From Verrucomicrobiales bacterium (GTDB lineage: Bacteria > Verrucomicrobiota > Verrucomicrobiia > Verrucomicrobiales > V1-33), in NCBI GenBank assembly GCA_031411295.1, contig JANOAV010000045.1:1-38510 (forward strand): a stretch of DNA of 38,510 nucleotides, given 5' to 3'. The notes beneath the pieces were generated by a model. It worked only from the letters and a program-made list of their open reading frames with translations, was not told the origin of the DNA and did no database searches. Within the stretch, counting starts at the first letter, position 1; each line of letters starts with the position of its first letter. The position numbers were made by a program, and so were the translations under genes. Below, piece by piece: positions 11,101-21,170 of the stretch.

Positions 11101-13563
11101 GCGCGCATCGGCTAGTTCCAGCGAACTCCCGCCACCGTCGGCCCATTGTGACCAACGGGATTTGTCCGAATAACTCACTTCATCCATCGTGGCGAAATAG
11201 GTCAGCGGACCAGGAATCGTGATCGGTTGGCCGAGCACGATTTCCTCGCCACTGTCGGCCAGCGTGCCGCTGAAGGGCCCGAACACGGTGGATGGCGCAA
11301 GCGTGGGATGATTCGTCAGCATCCGCGTGGGATTCTTGGCGATCACTAAATAGCCGTTCGCTGAGATCGAAGCTCCAGTCGGAAACGTGAAGCTGATACC
11401 ATCGCTCACACGCCATCCAGCCAGCGAGACGGCCGCTGCCGTCAGGTTCCGCAACTCTATCCATTCGTCCTCGGAATCGTTGGTGATGGGGTGGAAGTAA
11501 ATTTCATTCAGCACCACCGGGCCACGTGCTGCTGGGCCATTGGTAACGCCGGGCGTGGCGATGGAAAGCCTGCGCACCAAGCCTTCGCCATCCGGACTGC
11601 GGCCGCTGGCGGTATCCGGCAATTGTCCGCGATAGCGCACGGCATCGAGCACTCTGGTCTGCGTGGCATTGGTAAAATAGATCGTTTCTCCCTCGGCCTT
11701 CAGACCGAATCCCAGCTGCGTTTCGTTAAAACTAACCACCCCCTTCGGTGCCAGAATAGTGCCGCTGGGAATTTGAAATTTCCCCAAAGTGAGATCGGTA
11801 TCGGAGAGCCAGCAACCGCTCACATCCACGCTCATCGTGCTGCTATTATACAGCTCAATGAAGTCCGCTCCGGTGGACGAATGAGCCAGCAGTTCATTGA
11901 TCACCACATGATCCTGCGGACTGCTGGGCAAACCATCCGCAGTGCCAGGCGAGCCGCCGATCACATTGCTGGCAGTCCACGCACGGACATCGCGTTGACC
12001 GTAGCTGGGACGCGCTAGCACGAGCGAATGACCCGCACCATCGGCGGCGGCAGGCCAGTCTGGACCGTCGTTCCATTGGGCATCGAGCACGATGGAATCA
12101 TTGGCCCGACGCAGTTTCACGGCATCACCTCCGTTGGTTAGTGCGCCGATCCATGGCCCGAGCACGCCCGTGGTGCCATAGACGGATTGGACATCAGCAG
12201 GCTTGGCGGCAATGACCAGGAAGCCTTGAGCAGGAATGCTGGTCCCTGCTGAAAAAGCAAAATTCACATCGCCCGAAATCCGCCAGCCCGTGAGATCCTC
12301 CGGCCAGGGATTGGTGTTGTAGAGTTCGAGAAATTCCACATTTTTAGCATCCAGACGTGTGGGCGGATGAGGATGAATTTCTGAGAAAATCAACGGCGTG
12401 AGTTTACTGGCAATGGCCAGCGGTTCGGCATTCCGCTGCCAGCGGTTGGGGTAAATGACGTTTACGCTGGCAGTCGAAGTCGCGCTGCCATTGGGATTGG
12501 TGGCCGTCACGGCATAAGTCCCCCCATTAATCAGGGCCACATTAGTCAGCGACAGATTGGCCGTGGTGGCCCCGCTGATGGGATTACCATTGAGGGTCCA
12601 CTGGTAGGTTGGGGTGGTGGCGCTCGCAACGATCACGCTTAAGCTGGCACTATCCCCCACCCAGAGGCTTTGCGATTGCAGGGGAGTGTTAATGACGGGT
12701 GGAGCCAGTGAATCCGCCACCAAGGAAACGGTGAGATCATCCACGCGGCCATCCACCAGCGTTCCGCCTGCCGCAATGGCCTCACTGGTGGCACCGTTAT
12801 GGAGTCGCATTTCAATAAAACGAGCGCTGTTCTCCCAAGTAACATTCCAAGGACCAATGTTGTAGGTATTAGCTCCGACCACAATCACCCCGCTAGCTGA
12901 CACCGGAGACACGGTCTCATCAATGGTGACGGAAGCGCTAAACGTGGTAGCGTAGAGGTCCGGGCTCCTGAGGATGCCGGCAGCCCCACTGGTGGTGAAC
13001 GGAACGTTGTCAGCCCAAGCATTCCAGCCCCCACTGCCCCGGATCAGCAGCCCCAGATCCGTTGACGCATTGTTAGGTCCGACATGGCCTGTCGTATCTC
13101 CAAGATCCAGCGCGAGCCAGGTGTCTGCAATGCCGGTAACACTGCGTTGGATGTTGCCCTTGTAGGCCACGCGCCATTTCTTCCCAGCTACTTGCGGACC
13201 GAAATTCGTGGAAAAGCGGAACGCCGCCTGACTGTTAGTGGTGCTGTGAAAGGTGCGCAGCAGCAACGCATCGCTGGTGCCCATGCTGACGGAGTTCTTC
13301 TCGATCAAAAGATCGTTGGTATATCCCGCCGGATTTGTCGCCAGTTCTGTGAAAGTGCCACCCGCAAGCACGCCGGATTGGCGCGCAGGAATATTTACAT
13401 TGATGGCGGTATCGTTGACCAGTCCCGTGATTGAGAAAGGGTCAGTCACAAGTATGCTTTGGGCCGATAGAGCAGCGGGGAAGCAACCCATCAAGGTGAG
13501 GAGAACGCGAGCACGCATAGCGGAGGCGGGGTGAATGTTAGAGAGGAAATGCTTGGATGCCAT
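8125..13563 (-). CDS. Lamin tail domain (x4) / Ig-like / CotH kinase-like secreted protein (true start may be the downstream ATG of MRARVLL)
   Basis: Four LTD motifs (FSEIH..EFLELYN, INELLA..DFIELYN, LNEIYFH..EWIELRN, INEWLA..DWFELYN), an Ig domain (YQWTLNG...GTYAVTATN), a CBM-like NLVTNGGFESG, a CotH-like core (REQL...WDT...KNAYIY...NDLD) and C-terminal RRFYRA. Confidence 0.85.
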   Translation of the reverse strand: MASKHFLSNIHPASAMRARVLLTLMGCFPAALSAQSILVTDPFSITGLVNDTAINVNIPARQSGVLAGGTFTELATNPAGYTNDLLIEKNSVSMGTSDALLLRTFHSTTNSQAAFRFSTNFGPQVAGKKWRVAYKGNIQRSVTGIADTWLALDLGDTTGHVGPNNASTDLGLLIRGSGGWNAWADNVPFTTSGAAGILRSPDLYATTFSASVTIDETVSPVSASGVIVVGANTYNIGPWNVTWENSARFIEMRLHNGATSEAIAAGGTLVDGRVDDLTVSLVADSLAPPVINTPLQSQSLWVGDSASLSVIVASATTPTYQWTLNGNPISGATTANLSLTNVALINGGTYAVTATNPNGSATSTASVNVIYPNRWQRNAEPLAIASKLTPLIFSEIHPHPPTRLDAKNVEFLELYNTNPWPEDLTGWRISGDVNFAFSAGTSIPAQGFLVIAAKPADVQSVYGTTGVLGPWIGALTNGGDAVKLRRANDSIVLDAQWNDGPDWPAAADGAGHSLVLARPSYGQRDVRAWTASNVIGGSPGTADGLPSSPQDHVVINELLAHSSTGADFIELYNSSTMSVDVSGCWLSDTDLTLGKFQIPSGTILAPKGVVSFNETQLGFGLKAEGETIYFTNATQTRVLDAVRYRGQLPDTASGRSPDGEGLVRRLSIATPGVTNGPAARGPVVLNEIYFHPITNDSEDEWIELRNLTAAAVSLAGWRVSDGISFTFPTGASISANGYLVIAKNPTRMLTNHPTLAPSTVFGPFSGTLADSGEEIVLGQPITIPGPLTYFATMDEVSYSDKSRWSQWADGGGSSLELADARSTVQPLWLDSDETAKAPWTLVTATGLMDNPHTNVLGIADRLDAFLLDAGEAMIDEVEASPSAGGNLVTNGGFESGLAPWLVQGTHNRSVIENTGFAGSKSLRIVATGRGDPAPNRTRTPLTATIAVNDTATIRAQVRWLRGSSEFLLRLKGGGVEAYSALTVPKNLGTPGAANSRSVANAAPAITDVTHRPALPVAGVPFRIFARLTDPDGMGTATVNYRLDPSTTLSTVGMNDAGTTGDLLAGDGIYTATIPAQSAGALVAFTITANDTVAARATFPPTGECSARVGDTQPAGAFGAYTMWINAATLTAWTNRLPKTNEPFPITLLHNTSRILYGTGAHFAQFSEPSGNNPTTFISGYEIDLPPGERLFGESGVTLDWPVRDVTNQREQLMHWMLEQMQLPTLHRRDVHLTVNGLRRTSATVPIYHEAHQPGGSYLDANFPNDTKGRLLKTSGWDEFDDNGARIAGPTNTLSPLTTAGGVYKTGRYRWNWRQRSPNENDYTDFFNLVTAANTVGTPYVNAVNNVVDMDQWMRNFAFADMCAYWDTFGNPNAKNAYIYKPVTGRWQVFTNDLDVGIGADINTANPPATSPLFAAGIDAPVQRMYDTPAFIRSYWCALQKSLGTFFSGAAITNRVTQRYNGYIANGVAVTSPLVGSGPHNLSIPAWIDARVGYLQTQLASVNATFTVNGPTTIVTSTSPLTITGTAPVAAKSITFNGIETPLIWTSTMAWSAQVNVAPGANPLVIRTFDDIGTQTGSVTLDVTFTGVNAWPSLRINEWLADNAALNFDPADGQSQDWFELYNPTGNAVDLTNWVLSDSAPTATDFVIPSGYSIPANGYLLVWADNEIVQNTGSGQLHVPFKLSNTGEILTLKAPDATIVDTVTFGQQLKNRSQGRSPDGATIIDFLTTTSTGAQNTAAIPNPTATISLTAGTVTFTVATTPGFSYQLQFSNDLTTGSWTNVGTNTPATGSTLDLLDTPGSETRRFYRALRTP

Positions 13564-13570
13564 CGGAACA

Positions 13571-14018
13571 GAAGTAAAGACGCACGCCGGTTAGGAAGGT
13601 AGGTCCGTCAAAGTCCTTGCCTGAACTGCCTGAGCCGCCGCTTAGATGGGAATACTCAACCCCGGCCAGAACCTTGCATCGGTCCCCATGGATGAAATAT
13701 TGCAGCCCCAGATAGGCGGACTGATATGTCTCGCCCTTGCCCCCAGCAGCAAGGCTGGGAGCCTCTGCCTCACAGCGTTTTTGCGGACTGACACTCTGTG
13801 CACCATCTCCCGTGGAAAGAGCATAGCGACCCACCAATTGCAGTTTACTTGGGATCACATCGTAGGTGGGTTGGAGATTTGTCCGTGACCAGCGAAGCAG
13901 CGTTGGCTGCGGAAAGTGACAAGACGGAAATCGCGAGGAAGCGGATTGCTCCGACCTTGTCGCGGACAACGTTGAGCCCATGCTCTGCGCTGCGGGTGTC
14001 TTCTTGGGGTTGGTTCAT
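13571..14018 (-). pseudogene. Internally deleted outer-membrane porin (OprO/OprP-like) remnant
   Basis: ATG at 14018 gives a signal-peptide-like N-terminus (..KVGAIRFLAISVLSLSAANA/ASL). Near 13875 it joins out of frame to C-terminal barrel strands LQPTYDVIPSKLQLVGRY...YLGLQYFIHGDRCKVLAGVEY...FLTGVRLYF. The terminal Phe is followed by TGT rather than a stop. Confidence 0.65.
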
Positions 14019-14299
14019 GCTGGCTATTGTAGGTTATCAAACAATACCCAATCCGATGCGGATGAGTGCGGAACAGGGGGTATGGTCGCACCTGATCATG
14101 GAAATATCCCCTGGTAAAGTAGGAATTCCCATAGCTGCGCTATGAAAGCCAGCCGCAGCGGGCGAAGACAGGCCTTCGCTGCCGGTGGCACCGGTGAAGA
14201 GTTGTGGTCGGACCAGCGCTTCCGACAGCGTTGCAGCGGCTGAGCTACGCACTGGAGGAGCATGGCGTGTCCATCATTGACCCAGACTCCAGAAGCCCT

Positions 14300-16945
14300 A
14301 TGGCTGCCGGCATGATATCATCCCGATTTTCTTCAATTTTCTCGACGCTGCTCCTCGCAATTACTTGGGCCGATGCGGAGAGCGCGCCCCCCATCGACGC
14401 GCGCTACAGCGTGGAACTCCTCGCCCAAGGGATGCCGCAGCCCATGGAATTGGAACGCGCACCTGATGGACGGTTATTTTTCATCGAGATCGCGGGGAAA
14501 CTTCGCATCTGGAAACCAGACACACGCACCGTGGTGGACGCAGGCACGTTGCCGGTAACGACAGCTCAGGAGAATGGGTTGCTGGGATTCGCCCTTGATC
14601 CTCAGTATGAGCAGAACCATTGGATTTACCTTTATTACTCGCCCAAAGACGTCGAGGGTCAACGTCTCAGTCGCTATGAAATGCAGGGAGATCAACTCAA
14701 CCTAGCAACCGAGAAAATACTGCTCAGTTTTAGCGAACAACGACGCGAATGTTGCCACCACGCAGGCAGCGTGGAGTTTGGTCCAGACGGAAATTTATTC
14801 ATTTCCACCGGAGATAACACTCACCCCGCAGGCGATTCCGACGGCTATGCTCCGCTGGACGAGCGCCCGGGCCAGGAACCTTGGGATGCGCAGAAATCAG
14901 CCTCCAACCCCAACGATCTGCGCGGCAAAATCCTGCGAGTGCACCCCAAAATCGATGGCACTATTACCATCCCGGAGGGTAATCTCTTTCCCCCCGGCAC
15001 GCCCAACACGCGTCCGGAAATTTACTGCATGGGGTGCCGCAATCCCTGGCGCATGAGTGTGGACCAGGCCACCGGCTTTGTTTATTGGGGCGAAGTAGGC
15101 CCGGATGCAGGAGGCGATGGAACTCGGGGACCTCGGGGTTATGATGAGATCAACCAAGCGCGTCGCGCCGGAAATTTTGGGTGGCCATATTTCATTGGTA
15201 ACAACTTCGCTTATCATGCCTACGATTACGCGACCAAGCAAGTGGGCCCTGCTTTTGACCCCGCCCATCCGCGAAATACGGGTCGCAACAACACTGGCGC
15301 GCAGGACTTGCCGCCCGCCCAGCCTGCGCTGATTTATTACCCCTATGGCGTGTCTAAAGAATTTCCGGCCATGGGCCAAGGAGGCCGCACAGCATGCGCT
15401 GGTCCAGTATTTCATTATCGGCCGGAGTTCGCCCAGTCGAACGGATTTCCAGAATACTGCGACAAATGCCTGCTCTGGTGGGATTGGGAGCGGCATGTGA
15501 TCAAATGGGCGCGTTTGGATGCGGCGGGAAATTTAGTCAACTTGGAACCCTTCACCACCGCGCTCTCAGTTCGTCGGATGCTGGACGCTACCTTCGGTCC
15601 TGACGGCTGTCTTTACTGCCTGGATTACGGTGAGACTTGGGGAGCCAATGCCGATTCCAAATTGCTGAAAGTCTCCTATAACCATGGCGATCTACCGCCC
15701 GTGGCGGTTGCTTCTGCCACACCGACAAATGGGGCCGTTCCCCTGAAAATTTCCCTCTCCAGCCAGGGTAGCACTGATCCTGATGGAGCACTTGAGGCCT
15801 TACGCTATGAATGGCGCGATGGCAGCACCGTGCTGGCTACCACCGCAGCAGCGGAGATTTCCCTAAAGACACCGGGAGATCATGTCGTCGAATTGCGGGT
15901 CATCGACTCAATGGGGGCCATGAGTGCCGCCGCAGTGCCTGTCATCGTGGGAAATACGCAGCCACAGGTCGTGCTCACAGAGCCTCAGGACGGAGATTTT
16001 TTCACGCCGGGTCAAACCGTGACTTGGCAAGCAACGGTGCAGGATCATGAGGAAGGAGACTCCAACAAAGCACCCGATCTCTTTGGTGCCCGACTCTTAC
16101 TCAGCGCCACCCTAGATCGCGGAGGGGAGGAACCAGCAGGATTGAAGCTCATGAAATCAGCCGACTGCTTCAATTGTCACGCCCCCGATCATCGCATTGT
16201 GGGACCATCCTTTCAAGAAGTCGCTGCGAAGTATCGGGATGTCGTCGGGGCACTTGAGGCAAGCGTGGAGCGCGTGCAGAAAGGTTCCACAAATGTGTGG
16301 GGTCCCATACCCATGTTGCCACACGGGCATCACACGAGGGAACAACTCAAGGAAATGGTGACGTGGGTCTATTCACTCAAAGCCGGGACCGATCAACCGA
16401 TACTGCAACGTGGCTTGCAGGGCGAACTGACCATCCCGGCCGAAGCCGCCAGCGTTCGGTCCGTCCGGGTGGAAGCCACCTTCACGGACGCAGGCAATCT
16501 GCCCGCCAGTCCGCTCACCGCGCGCGCCAGCATCAACTTACGCAATCGACGACTCGAAGCTGAACTCAACGACGGCATGTCAGGCACGCAGATTCTTGGC
16601 GGTGGCTCCGCTAGTGGTAAGAAGTTCATTGGGGACACGAACCATGGGCAACATCTTCATTTCAACAAATTAAGCCTCGCCAAATGTGGTGCTATTACCT
16701 GTCGCATTGCTTCCGGGGGCCAAGGCGGGTGGATCGAGTTACACGCAGGCAAAGCTGATGGCCCCCTATTCGCAAAACTGGAAGTGCCGGTCACTGGTGG
16801 CTGGGAAACTTGGCGGGAAATTTCTGGCCCCCTGACAATGACTGAACCAAAATTAACCGACGTCTATGTGGTCTTCATCAACCCTGGTCGTGGCGGCCTC
16901 ATGAACCTTGATTGGATTCAGTTCGATCCCGTCGCAGCCCGGTAA
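14300..16945 (+). CDS. PQQ-dependent sugar (glucose/sorbosone) dehydrogenase-like protein fused to PKD, c-type cytochrome and CBM6 domains
   Basis: GSDH motifs (ENGLLGFALDP, RRECCHHAG, DLRGKILR, GCRNPWR, GNFGWP), PKD (STDPDG..YEW), CFNCH heme motif with WGPIPM, CBM6-like TGGWETW...NLDW. ATG at 14300 or 14312 preferred over GTG at 14204. Confidence 0.9.
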   Translation: MAAGMISSRFSSIFSTLLLAITWADAESAPPIDARYSVELLAQGMPQPMELERAPDGRLFFIEIAGKLRIWKPDTRTVVDAGTLPVTTAQENGLLGFALDPQYEQNHWIYLYYSPKDVEGQRLSRYEMQGDQLNLATEKILLSFSEQRRECCHHAGSVEFGPDGNLFISTGDNTHPAGDSDGYAPLDERPGQEPWDAQKSASNPNDLRGKILRVHPKIDGTITIPEGNLFPPGTPNTRPEIYCMGCRNPWRMSVDQATGFVYWGEVGPDAGGDGTRGPRGYDEINQARRAGNFGWPYFIGNNFAYHAYDYATKQVGPAFDPAHPRNTGRNNTGAQDLPPAQPALIYYPYGVSKEFPAMGQGGRTACAGPVFHYRPEFAQSNGFPEYCDKCLLWWDWERHVIKWARLDAAGNLVNLEPFTTALSVRRMLDATFGPDGCLYCLDYGETWGANADSKLLKVSYNHGDLPPVAVASATPTNGAVPLKISLSSQGSTDPDGALEALRYEWRDGSTVLATTAAAEISLKTPGDHVVELRVIDSMGAMSAAAVPVIVGNTQPQVVLTEPQDGDFFTPGQTVTWQATVQDHEEGDSNKAPDLFGARLLLSATLDRGGEEPAGLKLMKSADCFNCHAPDHRIVGPSFQEVAAKYRDVVGALEASVERVQKGSTNVWGPIPMLPHGHHTREQLKEMVTWVYSLKAGTDQPILQRGLQGELTIPAEAASVRSVRVEATFTDAGNLPASPLTARASINLRNRRLEAELNDGMSGTQILGGGSASGKKFIGDTNHGQHLHFNKLSLAKCGAITCRIASGGQGGWIELHAGKADGPLFAKLEVPVTGGWETWREISGPLTMTEPKLTDVYVVFINPGRGGLMNLDWIQFDPVAAR

Positions 16946-16954
16946 ATTGCGGCC

Positions 16955-18022
16955 TTACAGGATCCGCTCAAAAAACCAAAAGGCTCCGGCCGTAATCACC
17001 GCCAAGGCCAGGCCAGACGTCACGCGTTGGGCTAGGAATGGCCGATAATTCCTCAGGCCTGCCAACACTGGTGCGACTGCCAGAATGATGCAGGCTTGGC
17101 CGATTTCCACGCCGACGTTAAACGATACCAGTGACCAGCCTAACGCCTGGCGTGGCAGTTCCATTTCCTGGAGCACGCTGGCAAATCCGAATCCGTGGAT
17201 GAGCCCAAAGCCAAACGCGAACAGCAGGCGCGGATCGCCCAGGCGCTTTCCCAGAAAGGCATGCAGGCCGACGATCACGATGCTCAGAGCGATGATGGGT
17301 TCGACGACGGATGGCGGTGGGTTGAGCAGGTGAAACGTCGCCAGGCAAAGAGTGATGGTATGCGCCAGCGTGAAGGCCGTCGCGATGAGGAGTAGCTTCC
17401 GCAAATTTCCTCCCAGCAACAGCAGGCCAATGATGAAGAGGATGTGATCGGGTCCAATGAAGATATGGTGGATGCCTTCGGCGGTGAATTCTCTAATCAC
17501 GGCTCCCAAGCTCTGCTCTGAAGCCAGTAGAATGGTGCGCTCGGCCACGGGGCCTTCGAATACTTCCTGCCGTTGCAACTTCTCTCCCACGTAACAATTC
17601 AAGTAAGTGCGATGCCTCGCATCATAAGGAAACAGCTGGCAACTCACCCGAAGTTCACGCGGCACGGGCACGGCCGCCAGGCTGAAATCAAATCGCACGT
17701 CCTGGCGATCAGGAATCGCGGTGGCGCTGACCAAGGAGGCTTGCAACGGAATGCCATCGGCCTGCCACTGGATTCTGGTTAATGCGATGTCCGCCAATTT
17801 TTGCTGATAGCGCTGCAGGACCTCTGCTTTCATCAGCATGGCTGGCTCCACTTGGTCCAGATCGTGCGCTAAATCCATCGCGCTGGCCGTGAGTTCGGCT
17901 GTGATTTGCTCGGGAGCAAAATGAATCTGGAGGTGGCTCGTTGGCTCCTCGTGGCACAGTGCCATTTCGGTCGGAACCAACCAAGCCAAGACCGCTAGCA
18001 AGCGAAATAGCATTCGTCTCAT
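16955..18022 (-). CDS. HupE/UreJ family membrane protein with N-terminal periplasmic domain
   Basis: GIHHIFIGPDHILF, TAFTLAHTITL, VEPIIALSI, FGLIHGFGFA, SFNVGVEIGQ. Overlaps the TPR gene stop by 4 nt. Confidence 0.92.
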   Translation of the reverse strand: MRRMLFRLLAVLAWLVPTEMALCHEEPTSHLQIHFAPEQITAELTASAMDLAHDLDQVEPAMLMKAEVLQRYQQKLADIALTRIQWQADGIPLQASLVSATAIPDRQDVRFDFSLAAVPVPRELRVSCQLFPYDARHRTYLNCYVGEKLQRQEVFEGPVAERTILLASEQSLGAVIREFTAEGIHHIFIGPDHILFIIGLLLLGGNLRKLLLIATAFTLAHTITLCLATFHLLNPPPSVVEPIIALSIVIVGLHAFLGKRLGDPRLLFAFGFGLIHGFGFASVLQEMELPRQALGWSLVSFNVGVEIGQACIILAVAPVLAGLRNYRPFLAQRVTSGLALAVITAGAFWFFERIL

Positions 18023-19431
18023 GGCGTCGCTGGTTTCACCTCAGGAGTGGTTTGGCCTACCGCCGTTTGATTTACCAACCGATCCAGCGATTGCTGCGCC
18101 AAGGGCGCGTGGCGTGGATTGAAGTTAGGATTGAAACTAAGCGCGGTTTGCAGATGCTTCTTGGCCGAAGTGTTATCACCAAAGGCAGCAGCAATCATTC
18201 CGGCATGATAATGCAGTTCGGCATCAGGCGTGTTGTATTTCAAAGCCCGTTTCATCGTCGCCACCGCTTTGGGTAGATCGCCATTTTTGAAATAGACCCA
18301 CGCCAGAGTATCGGCCTCGGTGACGTTGTTGGTTAGTTTGTGCTCTTCCGCCATACGCAGAGCAGCCACCAGATCCCGATCCCGGTCGGCGTAAAATTTC
18401 GCCATCGTGCCATGATCATGGACCCCGGATTGCAGATGCTTACCATGCAACTCAATTACTTGCTGGTCATAGGCCTTGGCTTCCTCGGCTTTGCCTTGCG
18501 CTTGTGCCAGATCGCTTAGGCCAATTAGAGCGTCTAGATTTGGGGCTGCTTGGAGGAGGCTTCGATAGTGCTTGGTGGCCGTGGGGAAATCCTGCTGCGC
18601 GGCTGCGATCTTGGCCGCCATGAGCAGGATGTGCACGTTCTTGGTGCCGCTCTCCAGCGCTGGTTCGATGATCTTCTGCGCTGGCAGCAGGGCTCCGTCT
18701 TGGAAGAGCATGTTGGCTAACTTGGCGCGACACCACGCTGTGTTTTCAGCAAAGGGGGCTCCGGCATGGATCGCCTTTTCCATCAGCCACACGGCTTTGC
18801 CTTTGTCTCCCGTGATCCACAGTAAATGGGCTCCCCTGCTCCAAGAAGAGAGATCGGGGCGCAGATCCATCATCTTCTGATAGTGATCCAGCGCAGCATC
18901 GTAGTGCCCAAGTTCCAACTCGGCATCGCCCAGAATCCCGTAAGCAAACACACAGTTCTCATCCACCGCCAGGGCTTGCTTAGCCCAGTCCATGCTTTGA
19001 TCAAAGACATGCCGTCCGCCCGTGACCCAAGCCATGCCGGTCAGCGCGTCCAACATTTGCGGACGCAAGCGCAAGGCCTCCCGGTAAACGGATTCGGCGT
19101 GATTATAAAATGTGGCCTCTCCGCTATCACGCTGCATTTGGGCGAGGATATCCCCCACCATGACCCAGTGCTCAGGTTTGTCTGGAAGCTTGCGCGCCTT
19201 TTGAATCGCGGTGGCCAGCAACTTCCCGGTGGGCGTGGTAGCATCAGTCGCTGGCAGTGCGTCGAGGATTTGATTGGGAGAAGCTTTCCCCGCAGCAATG
19301 ATGTCAGAGGGTTGCGCGGCGGGAGTTGGGACCGGTTGATCTCGCCAGATCCAAGCAGCGAGACCAGCGACTCCAATGCAGGCAATTGAGAGAAGCGAGC
19401 GGGTCGCGATGGATGAAGTTCCTGTCGTCAT
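18019..19431 (-). CDS. Tetratricopeptide repeat protein with N-terminal membrane anchor
   Basis: Multiple TPR helical pairs (AYGILGDAELELGHYDAA; ADTLAWVYFKNG...HYHAGMI). Usual companion of DUF4331 genes. Confidence 0.9.
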   Translation of the reverse strand: MTTGTSSIATRSLLSIACIGVAGLAAWIWRDQPVPTPAAQPSDIIAAGKASPNQILDALPATDATTPTGKLLATAIQKARKLPDKPEHWVMVGDILAQMQRDSGEATFYNHAESVYREALRLRPQMLDALTGMAWVTGGRHVFDQSMDWAKQALAVDENCVFAYGILGDAELELGHYDAALDHYQKMMDLRPDLSSWSRGAHLLWITGDKGKAVWLMEKAIHAGAPFAENTAWCRAKLANMLFQDGALLPAQKIIEPALESGTKNVHILLMAAKIAAAQQDFPTATKHYRSLLQAAPNLDALIGLSDLAQAQGKAEEAKAYDQQVIELHGKHLQSGVHDHGTMAKFYADRDRDLVAALRMAEEHKLTNNVTEADTLAWVYFKNGDLPKAVATMKRALKYNTPDAELHYHAGMIAAAFGDNTSAKKHLQTALSFNPNFNPRHAPLAQQSLDRLVNQTAVGQTTPEVKPATP

Positions 19432-19534
19432 GATGCGTATTTAGTGAAATGGAAAGTGGGTGAGTGGAAAGTTTCTGGGTAAGCCGGGACTTGGGTCATC
19501 CTTGAGGATCGAAGTCCGGGACTACGCTGAATGA

Positions 19535-19566
19535 GGGAGCAGGGGCGGCGGACCGCCCCTACTCCC
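19535..19566 (-). terminator. Intra-operon GC-rich stem-loop downstream of the DUF4331 gene
   Basis: GGGAGcAGGGGCGG-cgga-CCGCCCCTaCTCCC, about 20 nt after the stop codon. No U-tract, so it may be an mRNA-stabilising hairpin. Confidence 0.45.
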
Positions 19567-19584
19567 ATGGCGCGGGGGGAGGGA

Positions 19585-21129
19585 TTAGAATCCGACGTTA
19601 GGTCCTGAGTCCTTCGAGTTGCGGGCTCCAGCGTGTGGGGTAGCCGCATAGGGGAAGGTGCGGTTATAGACTTGATCGTTGGCGGCCGCATTGTCACCTA
19701 CTACGGTTATAGTAGTAAAGCTTGGTCCGCTGGCGACCGCGGTCAGCGCGATATCCACGACGTCATCACCAAAGCGACGACCGTTCGGCCAACCGGAAGG
19801 GATCTGTTGACCCGCTCCATTGGCAATGGTGTCGCCACCGATGAAGCTCAAGCGGTTGAACCCTGCCTCGCCTGGAGTCCGCACCGCTGCAGTGGTGGTG
19901 TTGACGCGGAGGACGTCAGGGATGAAGACCGCTTGTAAATCCGCCCGGCCCGTGGTCTGGAACGTGGTGTTGTAAACGGCATTGATGAGGACTGCGATTT
20001 CCGGATTCTGCGCATACGTGGCAAACGTGGCGGCATCGACGGTGGGAGAGGTCCGATTGTAATGATCTTTCCCCGCCATGGCTACGAGCACTTCGTTAAA
20101 CAAAGGATTTCCCAGACGATTTACTTGAATGAACGGACCGGAAGAAACATCGGCGGACGTAGCAGAGCGCAGCGTGGTGCGGGGACGGCTTACCGAAGCA
20201 TACACGCCGACACCAGTGCCAGCAGGTTGCAGCGCGCCGGTGTAGGCGAAGCTTGGCAAGGCCGTCAACGGAATCACGATGCCGTAATGCAGCACGTTGA
20301 AGCCCTTGAAACCATCGACTCCATTGCCGTCCTGACCGAGGCCATCCCCCAGGGATCCATTGTTATCGAGAATGCGCGATTGCAGTAAATCAAAGATCCC
20401 AGGGGTATCGGCATAGAAACCATCTTCCCGCGGACCACAGAACACGGTAAACCCAGTGGGCACTGCTCCCGTCACCAGATCGTAGGTGGTTTGCTTGGTA
20501 TAAGCGTCCAACGTGGCTCTGGTGGTCGCACCAGAGATGGCGCGGCCATTGGCATCGTTGTAAGCAGGAGTAGTCTGGATCCCCACATTGGGAGGAGCCA
20601 CCATCAACGTCGTGGCACCATTAAGACTGGCACGGGTTCCGCTGATGACGCTGGAGACGTTGTAAGTCTGCGTGAAATTTTGACGATTGTCTCCCACGTT
20701 TACAATGGGTCCAATTTCGGTGCCGCGGCCATAACGCAGGATGGTGTTGGTGTTCTTATAATTTCCGCCCACAGCTCCGACAGGGGAGAATTGGAAATCA
20801 TACCGTTGCACTTCCGCACCCGTGTTAGGATCAGTGATATGAATGCTGTAAAGCGCATCGGAGGAGAACGCCTCATACATGCTGCCATCTCCGGGCTCGG
20901 AGAAAGGATGAACGAGGACTTCGACCACCAGGGCACGCTCACCCGTTGGGCGCTGGCGCACGAAGGCATAGAGGTCGGTGAGGTTTGCCTGCGGATCAAG
21001 TTTGATCAATGGGGCATCGCTGTGGCTGGAAGCCACTGCGGTGGGCAGCGGCAACAAGTTGGTGGCTCCTCCGAGGAGCAGCAGGAAGGTAGTCGAAAGA
21101 CGACGTTTGGATTGTGGATTGGTTTTCAT
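19585..21129 (-). CDS. DUF4331 domain-containing secreted protein
   Basis: Signature ASSHSDAP...DLYAF, GPREDGFY, QVNRLGNPLFNE, GWPNGRRFGDDVVD, TFPYAATP. Confidence 0.92.
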   Translation of the reverse strand: MKTNPQSKRRLSTTFLLLLGGATNLLPLPTAVASSHSDAPLIKLDPQANLTDLYAFVRQRPTGERALVVEVLVHPFSEPGDGSMYEAFSSDALYSIHITDPNTGAEVQRYDFQFSPVGAVGGNYKNTNTILRYGRGTEIGPIVNVGDNRQNFTQTYNVSSVISGTRASLNGATTLMVAPPNVGIQTTPAYNDANGRAISGATTRATLDAYTKQTTYDLVTGAVPTGFTVFCGPREDGFYADTPGIFDLLQSRILDNNGSLGDGLGQDGNGVDGFKGFNVLHYGIVIPLTALPSFAYTGALQPAGTGVGVYASVSRPRTTLRSATSADVSSGPFIQVNRLGNPLFNEVLVAMAGKDHYNRTSPTVDAATFATYAQNPEIAVLINAVYNTTFQTTGRADLQAVFIPDVLRVNTTTAAVRTPGEAGFNRLSFIGGDTIANGAGQQIPSGWPNGRRFGDDVVDIALTAVASGPSFTTITVVGDNAAANDQVYNRTFPYAATPHAGARNSKDSGPNVGF

Positions 21130-21170
21130 ATTGGATTGTTTGATGGATGAATTAAGTGAGATATTAAAAA

